DNA of 64,000 bases. Source: Felis catus (lineage: Eukaryota). The notes under the pieces are model-generated. The model had not been told where the DNA came from. It ran no database searches and saw only the letters and a program-made list of their open reading frames with translations. Below, piece by piece: positions 11,558 through 24,239 of this stretch; the first letter of the stretch is position 1; every line of letters begins with the position of its first letter. Both the position numbers and the translations under genes were made by a program. The stretch lies in assembly GCF_018350175.1 (NCBI RefSeq), contig NC_058368.1, positions 16,308,001 to 16,372,000 on the forward strand. Direction: 5' to 3'.

Positions 11558-11688
11558 TCCTTTCAGATAGATTTTGCTTCCTTGTGTGGTCTTCAGAATG
11601 TTAGTAACACCAGGTTCGAATCCCTTTCCAATGAAAACTCCTGGTGTCAGGTGATAAAGGATGATGTTTTGAAGAGCATTTTTGTCTC
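11558..11688 (-). CDS. POSTN: POSTN exon 13 (131 nt)
   Basis: RDKNALQNIILYHLTPG...KIYLKG; cag / GTGAGT. Confidence 0.97.
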
Positions 11689-12227
11689 CTGGAGGGAAAA
11701 ATATAGATTTATTTATAACGTGTCATATTTTTTGATAATTTGATACTAGAAAAACTAAGGATAAAAATATTTCTTTGTCTTTCGTTTTTCCACACTGTGA
11801 TTTCTCATCATTTCATTGTTCCTTCAAGTTGCTATCAACGAATGCCATGTCAAAACAGTCACTTCAGTCTGTTCAATCAAAATATTAGCCAACTTACTGG
11901 GAGGAAAAAAATCAAATTATTTTTGGAATTGGAATTGTTTCTTTCCTTGTCACCTAGTTGTGTGGACTCGAATAGAAATAGCATAAGTGAACATCTAGGT
12001 CAACAACATGACGGCAAGCAACTGCTAATGTAATGTAATTACTAATGTAATTAAGAACACTAATGAGTGACTTTCCGTATATTCCATGTGGAATTAAAAG
12101 AAACTAATGCTAGGCATGAATATTAAAGTGGGGACATTTTTGAGGCTCACTTCTGTGCAGGAATGCTTGAGGAAGAAATGAGATCCTGAACACAAAGGAC
12201 AAATATCTGGTATCCACTTTTACTCAC

Positions 12228-12358
12228 GAATCAGAATTTCTTTTTCTTCATTTGTCATTCCCTTAAAGGCATCATTGGTTGGGACAAATAAGGTCCAATC
12301 CCCAGGTTGTGTCAGGAGCTCTTTCAGGTCTGCGGCTTCAAGTAGGCTGAGGAAAATG
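12228..12358 (-). CDS. POSTN: POSTN exon 12 (131 nt; FAS1-4)
   Basis: SIFLSLLEAADLKELL...FVPTNDAF...EKEILI; tag / GTGAGT. Confidence 0.97.
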
Positions 12359-12482
12359 CTAAGCAGGAAAGATATGTATATTTATTCTGTTAGATTTAAA
12401 TTTAGGTATGCTCACCCACAATACATGGAATAAAAGAGCATCCATATATTCTGGAAAGCATGAGAAAGTGTTCATACATTTT

Positions 12483-12687
12483 TTTTAACGTTTATTTATT
12501 TTTGAGACAGAGAGAGACAGAACATGAACGGGGGAGGGGCAGAGAGAGGGAGACACAGAATCTGAAACAGGCTCCAGGCTCCGAGCTGTCAGCACAGAGC
12601 CCAGCGTGGGGCTCAAACCCGCGGATCGCGAGATCATGACCTGAGCCGAAGTCGGCCGCCCAACCGACTGAGCCACCCAGGCGCCCC
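12483..12687 (-). mobile_element. Can-SINE, intron 11
   Basis: Reverse-complement head ends at 12687; TSD ATACATTTT. Confidence 0.95.
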
Positions 12688-12787
12688 TATACATTTTCAT
12701 AGTTCAGATGCAGTTTACCTGTTAAGAAAGTTTAACCAGGGGGAAATTATTTAAATATACATATGGTTTTTAAAATTTCCTAAACTC

Positions 12788-13018
12788 GGGGAATGCCTGA
12801 GTGGCTCAGTCAGTTAACCTTCCAAATTTGGTTCAGGTCATGATCTCACAGTTCGTGGGTTTGAGCCCCATGTCAGGCTCTGTGCTGACAGTGCAGAGCC
12901 TGGAATCTGCTTCGAGTTCTGTGTCTCCCTCTTTCTCTCCCCCAACCCTATTCATGTTCTCTTTCTCTCTCCCTCTCCCTCTCTCAAAAATGCATAAACA
13001 TTAAAAAAAAATTTTGTT
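12788..13018 (+). mobile_element. Can-SINE, intron 11
   Basis: Head, CT tract and A tail; TSD AATTTCCTAAAC. Confidence 0.95.
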
Positions 13019-13246
13019 TAATTTCCTAAACGTGGTTTTTATCCTATAAAACTTAATAAGGTCACACTTTATAACAAAAAAGAAGCGTGTAGTTTTCATT
13101 TAAAATTCTACAAACTAGTCTTGGCTAGTATATAATATCATTTTTAAAAATTAAATATTTAATGTTTATTAATAAAATACTTATTAATGAAATATGTATT
13201 ATTTTAATTATTAATAATTATTAATGATTTTAACATTTAAAAACTT

Positions 13247-13466
13247 GGGGCGCCTGGGTGGCTCAGTTGGTTAAGCGGACAACTTCGGCTCAGGTCATGA
13301 TCTCGCAGTCCGTGAGTTCAAGCCCCGCGTCGGGCTCTGTGCTGACAGCTCAGAGCCTGGAGACTGCTTCAGATTCTGTGTCTCCCTCTCTCTCTGACCC
13401 TCCCCCGTTCATGCTCTGTCTCTCTCTGTCTCAAAAATAAATAAACATTAAAAAAAATTAAAAAAA
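13247..13466 (+). mobile_element. Can-SINE, intron 11
   Basis: Head, CT tract and A tail; TSD ~AACATT(T/A)AAAAACTT. Confidence 0.95.
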
Positions 13467-13695
13467 AACATTAAAAAACTTAAATACAAAAAAATTTGCA
13501 AGGAAGAAGTCCATCTATTAAATTATTTCACTCACCAAATCATATTATGGTGAACTAGGAAGTAAAATAGTGTTAACATATTTCAGTTTTGAAAACATTT
13601 GCATGGACTTCTTACTGTAAATTCTACGTTCAGTATGATTGAATACTGAATGCCTTTTGGAATACTATGAAACAAAACTATGTTAATAGTTCTTG

Positions 13696-13698
<3 letters not shown>

Positions 13699-13735
<37 letters not shown>
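13699..13735. repeat. (TG)18 microsatellite
   Basis: Pure dinucleotide run. Confidence 0.97.
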
Positions 13736-13738
<3 letters not shown>

Positions 13739-13758
13739 AATGAAACTAATAGGCTTAC

Positions 13759-13895
13759 CTAAAGCGTTTATCTTGTTTTAGTTTTTCATGGAGGGATTTC
13801 TCTGCTGGTTTGATGATCTCTCGGAATATGTGAATGGCACCATTTCTTCCTTGTTTGCTTCCTCTCACCATGCATGAATTTTCAATGCAGACAGC
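13759..13895 (-). CDS. POSTN: POSTN exon 11 (137 nt)
   Basis: AVCIENSCMVRGSKQGRNGAIHIF...KQDKRF; tag / GTAAGC. Confidence 0.97.
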
Positions 13896-14999
13896 CTAGC
13901 AAAAAAAAAGAAAGACACAGCTGTACATGTCCTTAATCGAGATGTCCTAAGTGGAAGTAGTTGCATAGTTGAGTTTCTGGAATGACTCTTCTAAGAGGTC
14001 TTCTGACCTCTGTGACTGGAAGAAACAGCATCTCAGTTCTGTTTTTATGGTCTGGTACAATCTGATCTCACACTTCTTATTTGGTCAGTTACTAGCTAGG
14101 CTACTCTATGTATCATCATCGGGAAATAACAAAAATTCACCAGGAAATAGTTTCATCAGGAAGTAACAAAAATTCCATAGAATTCCATGCCTACATCTTT
14201 CATCATTCTTCTCCAGGTTCTAACCATTCTTCCACACCCCCTTTAAGAAACTTTTGTCCTTTAACTCTTTAGGACCTTCTTTATTCCTGACTTCAGTGCC
14301 TTTTGTGATCTTCACAAATATTTATTATATTTTCCTGACTGCGAGTCCCTATCGATTTATTTTGTAGTGTTTTTGAACAAATATATGTATATGCAGCCCA
14401 TTTTCTGCAGCCTGTAAAATATGTGTCATGGAATTGTGGAGCCATAGTGAGCAGCTGCTGTGCGCCCTATCAGGTAATGCTTCACTTCCTATGAAACCTT
14501 TGAGCTGTAGATGCATTTGTTACCTGGACAGAAATTGAACAGCACTGCTAGTTGAATTGTAATCTTCATTAGTAATACTTTCTAGAAATTTTCCCTCAGA
14601 AAAAATATGTCAGAGCCATTTTATAGACATCAGAGATCTTTATGTGTCTATAAAAAATTACCTTGTAAACTGCACAAGACTTCATAAATCAAAAGCTTGC
14701 TTTAGAGAACTTTTAGTGATTTCTAGAATTGAAATAATAAATGCCTTAGAACATAAAGTTATTTACAATGAAACAAACTCAAATTATCTGATTTATTATT
14801 ACATTGCACTTTTTGTGTCCTTTGCTCACAGTCTTTTCATACATTACTCAGTTCCCTGATCCTCCTCTGAATATTTACTATTATAAAACCACATTAATAA
14901 AGTTCTGGAAACATTCATTATAACACCATTCTTAGACAAGGACATGTCATTTGACATTTAGGCCAATGTGGATGTCTTATATTTTCCTGATTTACTTAC

Positions 15000-15148
15000 T
15001 GTTCGATAGACAAAGACTCTGAGCTGTTTGCCTCCAATGGTTTCAAGTTTTTGTCCATTGTAAAGCTCATTAAGCCCAACTTTTACTTTCAGTATGTGAT
15101 TCTGCAGAATTAATTTAAGAAGCCGCTGATCCATGCTCAGAGTATCAT
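15000..15148 (-). CDS. POSTN: POSTN exon 10 (149 nt)
   Basis: DDTLSMDQRLLKLILQNHIL...VFVYRT; tag / GTAAGT. Confidence 0.97.
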
Positions 15149-15727
15149 CTATAAATAAATTCACGAGGACAAGGATTAATTAGAAAGCATTAAAATTCCT
15201 CCTGGTAAGAGAAAATCATGAAAATGGGAAATCCCTAATACTATCCATATTGTGGATTCTGCGTTCAAACCGTATATGAGTCAACTAACTGCTCAAGGCT
15301 ATGAATTCTATGCACCAATTAGGAACTCTGTGAGATATTCCATCAAATGAATATCATTTGATGATAACATTGACTTGATAACATCATTCGGAGGAGTCCA
15401 AACGATGGACTCCATCTCTGTAAGGGCTACATAGTGTTGTGTGGTCATTGGCAAAAGGTAAGCTCTAATATTGGCCAAGATTTTTTCTGAGAATTTGATA
15501 TACATTAATCACATGAAAGACTATGGATGAATCATTTATAAATTTATATTTACCTCTGAAGAGAAAATCAAAATACATACACTCTCTTAAATGTGGGTTA
15601 ATGTCAACACATGTGGATATAGTTATTACAAAGAGGAATAATAGTATTTCTAGGAATTTGAATTTTTTGTTAATAACACTATGTACCACAATTTAGCATT
15701 TCAAAAAATATTTTAAAAATAATGCTT

Positions 15728-15949
15728 GGGGCGCCTGGGTGGCGCAGTCGGTTAAGCGTCCGACTTCAGCCAGGTCACGATCTCGCGGTCCGTGAGTTCG
15801 AGCCCCGCGTCAGGCTCTGGGCTGATGGCTCGGAGCCTGGAGCCTGTTTCCAATTCTGTGTCTCCCTCTTTCTCTCTGCCCCTCCCCTGTTCATGCTCTG
15901 TCTCTCTCTGTCCCAAAAATAAATAAAAAACGTTGAAAAAAAATTAAAA
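15728..15949 (+). mobile_element. Young Can-SINE (SINEC_Fc type), intron 9
   Basis: TSD AAAAATAATGCTT at 15715-15727 and 15950-15962. Confidence 0.97.
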
Positions 15950-15995
15950 AAAAATAATGCTTGTTTTTTAACTACTCAATTTTGCCTTATAATTT

Positions 15996-16213
15996 TTTTT
16001 AATTTTTTTTCAACGTTTATTTATTTTTGGGACAGAGAGAGACAGAGCATGAATGGGGGAGGGGCAGAGAGAGAGGGAGACACAGAATTGGAAACAGGCT
16101 CCAGGCTCTGAGCCATCAGCCCAGATCCTGACGCGGGGCTTGAACTCACGGACTGCAAGATCGTGACCTGGCTGAAGTCGGATGCTCAACCGACTGCGCC
16201 ACCCAGGCGCCCC
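15996..16213 (-). mobile_element. Young Can-SINE (SINEC_Fc type), intron 9
   Basis: Reverse orientation; short TSD ATAATTT at 15989-15995 and 16215-16221. Confidence 0.96.
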
Positions 16214-16786
16214 GATAATTTAAATACATCTTTATGAAATCACTTTTCTGGAAAAAGTGGCAGGTTGCATTAATGTAAACACCATCCTTGATTAGCAGCT
16301 CTTAGATAAAATACTTATAATTATAGTTTGCATCATAATATGAAAGTGATAATAAATAGTCTCTTGCTTTTATTTATTTATAATTTGACACCTCACATCA
16401 AATTTTGAGATGGAAAATATACTTATTTTTTCTTAAATATTATGTTGGTGTTAAATAAACAAATCAGATTTATTTTTCTTAAGATCTATTAATACATACC
16501 TTAAGTGTGCTGGAAACATGATTAGAGTCATAGAATAACTGAACATCCTTTATCAAAAACTTTCACTCCCTGTAGGCTATTATCTATTCTAATGAAATGT
16601 TTTGAAATGAAGGACATTTTAACAGAGACGACATAGTGCTAATGATGTGTAGTCAATAAAGTAATAATCAGCACCTTGTAGAATGTCTGTTATTCCTTAA
16701 CGCAGACAATCATGGTGAAGAAAAATAGTGTGTGAAGGTTGGTGGGGGGTGGTGGGAGAGTAGGAATGACAGTATCCAGTACATAC

Positions 16787-16921
16787 CTGAAAACGCATTA
16801 TTCACAGGGGCCAGCAAAGTATATTCTCCATCTGGCCGCAAAGCAGATGCCAAGCCTAGTTGGGCCACGAGGTCTGTGAAAGTGGTTTGCTGATTTCCAG
16901 CCAGCTCAATAACTTGTTTAG
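16787..16921 (-). CDS. POSTN: POSTN exon 9 (135 nt; FAS1-3)
   Basis: AKQVIELAGNQQ...LLAPVNNAFS; cag / GTATGT. Confidence 0.97.
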
Positions 16922-17501
16922 CTGTAAAGGAAACCATCACCATCCCAACAACGTCATCATTGTTATTATCATCATTCTGAAGTCAGTAAATCAATTCTTG
17001 GCTGTTTTCTATAAGCTATTTACTGCAATCACAATGTGATAAGATAGTCTGCCCTTCCCTAGTAATAGTTCCAGATTCCCTTTTTTGGGGTTGATTCAGA
17101 AAATTTCAAAAAGAAAATATCTTTCTGGCTTCTTACTTTTCATTGTCTTTAATTCTCTATTCCTCATCTTCCTCCTCTCTCTGCTGTTGCGAATGACATA
17201 GTTCTTTCATTTATCCAAAGCTGACCATTTGGTTATATCTTTCCCTCTGTTTTCAGGAAAAACCATGGTACTTTGAGAACCTTGATAAATTATGAAGTGT
17301 TAGAAACTCTGGGAAGCTGATGTTCCATGCATGGAATGCCTGTGATTAACAAGCTACCTATTTTAGTACTCAGTTCACTATTTTGTATCTGTGCTTCACA
17401 TACCATTCCTTATACTACACATTCATTTTTCATAGACTTATTCTTGAGGCATCATAATTGGTAAACAGTAGTAGGTAGAAGAATATGAAACTGTTGCTCA
17501 C

Positions 17502-17714
17502 CAGAATCAGGAATTAGGACCTGATCAATCAAATGGATAACACCATTATTTGTCACGATATCTTTTTTGTTCACCATTTTGATTCCATTTACTGTTATAC
17601 TGTCACCGTCACATCCTATCTCAATGGTGTTTCCTTCCAGAGTCTCAAAGACTGCTCCTCCCATAATTGCCTCAGAACACTGGAGGGTGTTCAAAAGGTG
17701 GTACTTCATGAGGG
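17502..17714 (-). CDS. POSTN: POSTN exon 8 (213 nt)
   Basis: ALMKYHLLNTLQC...NGVIHLIDQVLIPDS; cag / GTGAGC. Confidence 0.97.
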
Positions 17715-18838
17715 CTGGAGAATAAATTAAAAACAGCAAGTTTTTAGATCAAGAGAAACTGCACTTAACCCTTAAAAGATGTGTTTCACTGTGGAACTAA
17801 TTATTCCTAAAAAATAAAATACATATAAGACCTAAGTATTGACTGAAGATTTTTAAATTTTGTTTGTGTTCTAGGAAAGCTTCTTCCATTAACTATACAA
17901 TAGAAATAGCTCAGCTCAGTAGGAAGAAGAGATCAGTTGTGTGAAATGATTTGTGCAGCACTAGAAAATGTGTTAGAGAAACTTTTCACTGTCATAAGAA
18001 AGTAATTTCTGATGTGAAAAAAAAGAAGAGTTGCTCCTTTCAAAAGGCCTGTATTTATTTGTGATAACTGTTCCCAAGTGCCCAAGCAACCTCTTGCCTT
18101 AGCCACTCATAACAGAATGTCTACATATAATTTGTAAAGACATTAGTAGTGGAAGATTAGTAGGGTAAGACAACTCATTCCCTAAAGAAAACATCTGGAG
18201 AATAGACAAAGTGAAGATGATTTCTTGGAAGATACCTGAAAGAATTTTAATGCCTCAACTGTATTTTATACATATCTGCATCATCCAAGTTTTTCATTTT
18301 AAATCATTCAAAATATATTTTGGGAGAGGCTAAGTTAAATGTACTACTCACAATGTAAAATCTATTTGAAAATAGAAAGGGAGATTAGAAAGAAGGCAAA
18401 TTCTGTGTATCAAATAAGTAATGGCCAAAGAGAACCATGAAGTTTTCTCAACTCAATGATATCTTTTAGCATAAATTTAAAATGAAAAGCATCGCATAAT
18501 ACATATATGATATTAAAATTTGATGATCTAATATTTATTTTCAACAATGGCTAAATCCTTTTTAATGCCTGCTATTTATTTACTTGAAAGCAGTACAAAA
18601 GGAATGTGATCTTTAGGATATTCTTATCTTTTAAATTCATTATTTAATTACTCTGCCTACTCTTTCAAGGGCTTTGTTTTCTTTTAAGATTTTTAGAGTC
18701 CACCTTAAGAACAAAAGTTTGTCTTTGCCTTTGCTTATAAAAGCTGATAATCTTGGCATGACTTAATCTTTTTTTTTTTTTTCTCTTTTCTTCTTGGAAT
18801 TCTGGGAGGGTTCTCAAAGAGGAGGAAATTTTTAGTAC

Positions 18839-18980
18839 CTTCAGAAGCCACTTTGTCTCCCATGATCCTTTCTAGGACGCCTCGTGGAAGCTTCTCAAAA
18901 GCCTCATTGGTGGGAGCAAAGAGAGTGAAGTGACCATCTCTTCCAAGGGCCTCCAGAATATCAGATGTGATAGCAGCTGC
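18839..18980 (-). CDS. POSTN: POSTN exon 7 (142 nt; FAS1-2)
   Basis: AAAITSDILEALGRDGHFTLFAPTNEAF...KVASE. Confidence 0.97.
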
Positions 18981-19476
18981 CTGAAACACAAACGTGCTTT
19001 TTAGAGGCTTGCACACTGCAAATCCAAAGGCAAATGACAACACACTTCACCTAGGCTGATGCAGGGAGCTGATTGTATAGAAAACTATAGAAGTTTGTTC
19101 TTGCTAGATCTTTAAAACATTTTTTGACACAACCAACTATGTCCTTTCCAACTTTTTTTGTAATAATGGGAATTCTGCCCATGCTTGTTTGACTGTAGCA
19201 ATATCCAGCAGTACATGAAACTGAGATGGACACATACTAAATACACCAAATACACTATGGGCACATAACTAACCATTCTTTATCTGTCATGTCCAAATAA
19301 ATATGATTATGCCATAGGAGATGATTTCTTCCGTGTAAAATAAAAGTCTTTTTATTTCAAGAAACACATTTGTTATATTTCTGCCCGAGTTTTAAAATAG
19401 CATTTTATGGTTCGGCTCTGAGAGAGAAAGATGTTTCAATGGTCCAAGGCAATCTGCTGTTATTTCTTCTACTTAC

Positions 19477-19623
19477 TCTAAAAGATGAGAGTTCATCTTC
19501 TGCTTCAATGAAGTCTTGAATTGAGGTACCAATTTGTGTAAGGACACGATCAATGACATGTACAACACCATTTGTTGCAATCTGGTTCCCATGGATGATT
19601 CGAGCGCAGTTAACAGTGACAAC
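19477..19623 (-). CDS. POSTN: POSTN exon 6 (147 nt)
   Basis: VVTVNCARIIHGNQIATNGVVHVIDRVL...EDELSSFR; tag / GTAAGT. Confidence 0.97.
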
Positions 19624-20529
19624 CTATAATTATTTGGGAAAATCCAAGTGCAGAAATCAGAGCCATCCATTGACCACTGAGACTGCAAGGCCATTGTTTT
19701 TAATTTCTGCTAGTAAATGTAACATGAAGGAACCAACATTCTAAATGTAAATGTTAAGGATGAAGACATATATTTTTCTGTCTAAAAAAGAAACTAAGAG
19801 GAAATAGGACCAGTTGAAAACCCTATCCAGTTACACTCAACAAATCTAGAAACTAAGGCAAAAAAGCATTTTTTTTCATTTGAGTTATTGCTTTTTTTCC
19901 TTCTCTTCCCTTTACAGACATAGTCATAAACTATTTCAAATGCAGATCAATGAGTTATATTTAAAAAAAAGTCTATCGGTCCTAAAATAAGTTCTGAGAG
20001 AGAGAAATAATTATTGAACAAATATAATCAGTTCTATTGCAGTGATTTCCTAATTATTGCCTCACTGTTGACCCTTTTCATCCCTGGAAATTTGTTGAAA
20101 GAGCCTTATGACCCTGCTGGAAGTTTCCCACAAAGACTCTTCTCTAAATACACAAGAACATAAATCAGTACAGTAGTTAGAGGATGAATAAAGGCATACT
20201 TATTCTGTGATTATTCTTTGATAAACTCTTATTTACTATTTTTTCTTAGGTTGTTATTTTTAAAACACATCAACTACTAAAATCTCCTTTATTAAGAACA
20301 TCTAAGTCTGCTATCAGTCAACTGTGAATTTAATTTCTTCCTCACAATCACTCTCTAGTAGAAATCAGCCACTGAATTAGAAATTTACATGCTATAAATG
20401 TGGGGGAAAGGCATAATATAGTACTTACAGTCACTAACATTTTACTGTGTCTGTGAACATTATAAAAAGGTATAGAAAAAATTAAGGGTGCTATTACTCA
20501 GAAATGTACTTTTTATTAAGGAAACTTAC

Positions 20530-20694
20530 CCCATTAGGATAATGGTTAATGAAAAGTCCCAAATTGTTATACATTGAGGGAATAATCATGCCATTTTTTA
20601 AGTCCTTGGTCAACATTCTGTTATTAACCATGTGGCTATGTAAAGCATTCAATAATTCAACATTTACATTGCTCTCCAAACCTCTACGGATATC
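20530..20694 (-). CDS. POSTN: POSTN exon 5 (165 nt)
   Basis: DIRRGLESNVNVELL...FINHYPNG; tag / GTAAGT. Confidence 0.97.
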
Positions 20695-21279
20695 CTAGGA
20701 AAAATTGAAATAGTAGAAGTTTATTTTATTGAGGTTCATCATTAAAATACTTATAATCACACTATTTCTTACTCTCTTGTTACTTTCTTATTGCATTTCC
20801 CAGATGATCAAATCAAATCAACATAATTAAAATTATATTATTTCAATTGATTAAGTAATTTTGTAAATTCAGGTACTGAGTTAAGGCTCCTGAATCTGAT
20901 AGAGTGCTTGGACATTTATAGTGACAAACTTTTTTTTTAAATAAAGATATTGATGGAGAGACAAACTTGATGTAAATTAAAGGCTTAGGGCAATATGAAA
21001 TTATCAGACATTTGAAATATTTTAAATGGTAAACAAAACAAAACAAAAATGGCATTATATTTTTGTACAACATTTAAATTTTAATGAGGATGTTATGTTT
21101 ATTTCATATCAAATTCAAGAATTCAACCATACTGTACCTTTTTTTTAATCCAATATATATGCTATATATGTGTAACATATGTATATCCTATATTACATGA
21201 TACTGTATATGGCTCTATGGGAAAGTCTCTATCTTTAAGGTACTTATGATTTAGGGGCAGTTAAAAATAAACATAGTAA

Positions 21280-21488
21280 GGGGCGCCTGCCCCAGTTGGT
21301 TAAGCGTCTGACTTCAGCTCAGGTCATGATCTCATGGTTAGTGGGTTCGAGCCCCACATTGGGCTCTGCGCTGACAGCTCAGAGCCTGGAGCCCGCTTAT
21401 GATTCTGTGTCTCCCTCTCTCTCTGCCCCTCCCCCACTCACACTCTGTCTCCCTCTGTCTCTTGAAAATAAATAAATGTTAAAAAAAA
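21280..21488 (+). mobile_element. Can-SINE with small A-box deletion, intron 4
   Basis: TSD AAACATAGTAA at 21269-21279 and 21489-21499. Confidence 0.94.
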
Positions 21489-21499
21489 AAACATAGTAA

Positions 21500-22370
21500 T
21501 ACAAAGAATAGAAGGAGAAAAAAATGCTGCTAGGGGTCAAATGAGGAAAAGCAGCTATTCAAGGCTTGGTAATGGATCTTGAAGGGTAGACAGGGTAAGA
21601 ATGGTGGTGATCATTCTAAGTCCAGTTGCTGACACAGGGTAAAAGTTGGGAGAGCAGATGTTGTCCAGTTTGGTTAGCACATACTTTTATCTTTCTTAGA
21701 TAATATTAAGAAAGAATTTTAGAAAAGTATGTGGGACAATAATGTGGAAGACTTTAATGCCTGACTAAAGTATAAACTAAAATGGCAACAAAGGGCCACC
21801 GAAGATTTTTGTGGCATGGAATATAATGTTTAAACTGGGCTTTAGGAAGGTTAATATAGTGATAATGCATAGCAAAAAGGAGGTATCAATTAGGAGGATG
21901 AAACCTGAGATATAGGTAACTAATAATAGTTTGTAAGAATTAGAACAGAAATAAGATGACTAACAATTTTCAAGCCTGAATACTAAGACTGATACTCCCA
22001 ATTATGGGGGGGAGACTGGGGGAAGCCAGAAGAAAAGCAAATGTTTATGTGAAGAAAGAAAATAGCATTCTCTTAGATACCTTTTTGTTTAAAGATGCAG
22101 CAGTGTATCTAAGGGGAGATATTAAAATGGACATTAGAAATACTCTCCTGGGTTTCCAAGGAGAGCAACTACAGAAACAGATTTCATGGTTATACATGCT
22201 AAAGTCATAGTTGAAGTCATCAGAAGTATATATAAAGAACAGAGTCTAATTCCTAGTAGAGACTTTAATAAGACCCATTCTTAAGGAAGGAAGAAGAGGA
22301 GTCAGCAAAAAGAACCAGAAGGGTGGTTAAGAGATGAGGTCAAAGACAACCAGAAGAGAGAGTTCCATAT
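21500..22370. mobile_element. Probable ancient LINE-2 remnant
   Basis: Purine-rich degenerate L2-like phrases (e.g. GTTGAAGTCATCAG..., GAAGAGGAGTCAGCAAAAAG); recognition by eye only. Confidence 0.45.
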
Positions 22371-23070
22371 CACAAGCAATTAAACATACAGTTAATGTAG
22401 CAAGATAATATCTAGAAGAATCTGCCTAAGTTTTACTAAATATTTGACTCTAGTGGTAATTATCAATTCAACTTCATATCAAATAGAAAGTAGAAATATA
22501 TTTCCATACTAATTTTACAGATTAGAAATTTAGTGTATTATAAAGCAGATTATGCACAAAAAATGTGAAAATCAAATGCATTATTTACAATATTTCATTT
22601 AAATATTCCTACACATATATACATATGTCAATGTCTAAGCAGCCATATATATTTACATATAATTAAAAGTAATTAATTGCATCTCTAGAATATGCCTTTA
22701 TAATAAATTTTAAATTCCACTAGGCTTCTTAACTTACTGTTCTATTAGATATGTCATCTAAAACTCAATAAATCTCTTCCCATCAAAAAAGAAAGAGGAT
22801 AGGAGTAAAATAGAATGATGACAAACACCAGTTCAGTCCACTCTTGGTTTTCCCTTTCTTAATTGGTCTATGAACCTACTGGGTAAGTTATTCCACTTAT
22901 GGATGTATTAAAATACTTTACTCCTTACATTTAGTAACTCATCCTTTTATGTATCCTCATGTATCTATTATAAAAAGATATAAAATTTCTATTAATTTCC
23001 AAGTTAATAAATCCATTCAAATGGAATAACTACAATAAAAATAATTATATTAATAAAAATAGTGAATTAC

Positions 23071-23228
23071 AGAATCCAAGTTGTCCCAAGCCTCATTACT
23101 CGGTGCAAAATAAGTAAATGATCCCTTTCCTTCAATCTCTTCCCTCAGTCTTGAGACATCAGAATAGCGTTGTGTTGTGGTGGCTCCCACGATGCCCAGA
23201 GTGCCGTAAACATGGTCAATAGGCATAA
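23071..23228 (-). CDS. POSTN: POSTN exon 4 (158 nt; FAS1-1)
   Basis: VMPIDHVYGTLG...FAPSNEAWDNLDS (inside ORF 23050..23241). Confidence 0.97.
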
Positions 23229-24239
23229 CTGAAATAATCAAGAAATCAAGGTCTTAGAATAATATTTCAAGAATATTATTTCACAATCATTTGAACTTTA
23301 TACTAAGTTCCTCAATACATTTAACTGAAAATTTTAGCAATAAAATTCTCTGCATGAATGATCAGTTTTATACAAAGATTGTCACTGGAGTGCTAGATGA
23401 TAAAACACCACTGAAAACTATTATTTCATATATCTTTCATGTTGAGGGAAAATGAATTTTAAATTATCATCTTGGTATAACACTTACTCTATGTAGGTTT
23501 GACTCCTCTTATGTCAATAATAGTTCAATTATAAGTATCAATAAATATTTCTGATTCACTGAACAGAAGAATATGCTCTTCACTTCTCATTAAAAGAATG
23601 GCCAAAGGTAATATTTTCTTTTATGTTGGCTTAAGGCTCTTAAATGGTATAATATTGTTAGGTATTGGGTTATTAATTTTTATAGATTTGGATTTCTAAA
23701 AGAAATACGTAGACCTGCTTCTTTTCAGCATAATTTCAGGAAGGAAATAGATGGAAGTATCTAACACTTACAGAGTATTTTTCCTGAACTTCAGAAGAAA
23801 TATTAATATATGAATATCAGCCTGAAAGTTGGTACAGCCTATTTATTCATTTTTTGACCCTATCTTATTTGAATAATACCATAGGAGAAGTGGTTATTAC
23901 ATTTGTGAATATATCAAGACTGGGTGACACAATTAATAATCAAATTATAAAATCAGAATTTAAAAGACCCCAAAAGGATGAGGAAAATGAGTCAAGATTA
24001 ACAAGTTAAATGTAACAGAGTTCCATGTATATCTTTACGCCCAAGCTGAAAATATAAATCCTAGAAAAAGAGCTGACTTGATAGTATTCATAGTCAGGCC
24101 AGACTTGAAGTTGAAAAACAAATCCTAGAGAAATACCCAACTCAATAGAAAGAACTGTAATCAATTTTTAACTGATCATAAATTCATTAGGAGCTGATGA
24201 TAGCATGTGGTTACCAATGACAGTAACCAAAGTTCAGGG

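Noticed and set aside
13130..13246. AT-only palindromic-looking stretches (also 4300-4365, 5895-5945, 61060-61160)
   Set aside because: Low-complexity DNA in which short palindromes are expected by composition.
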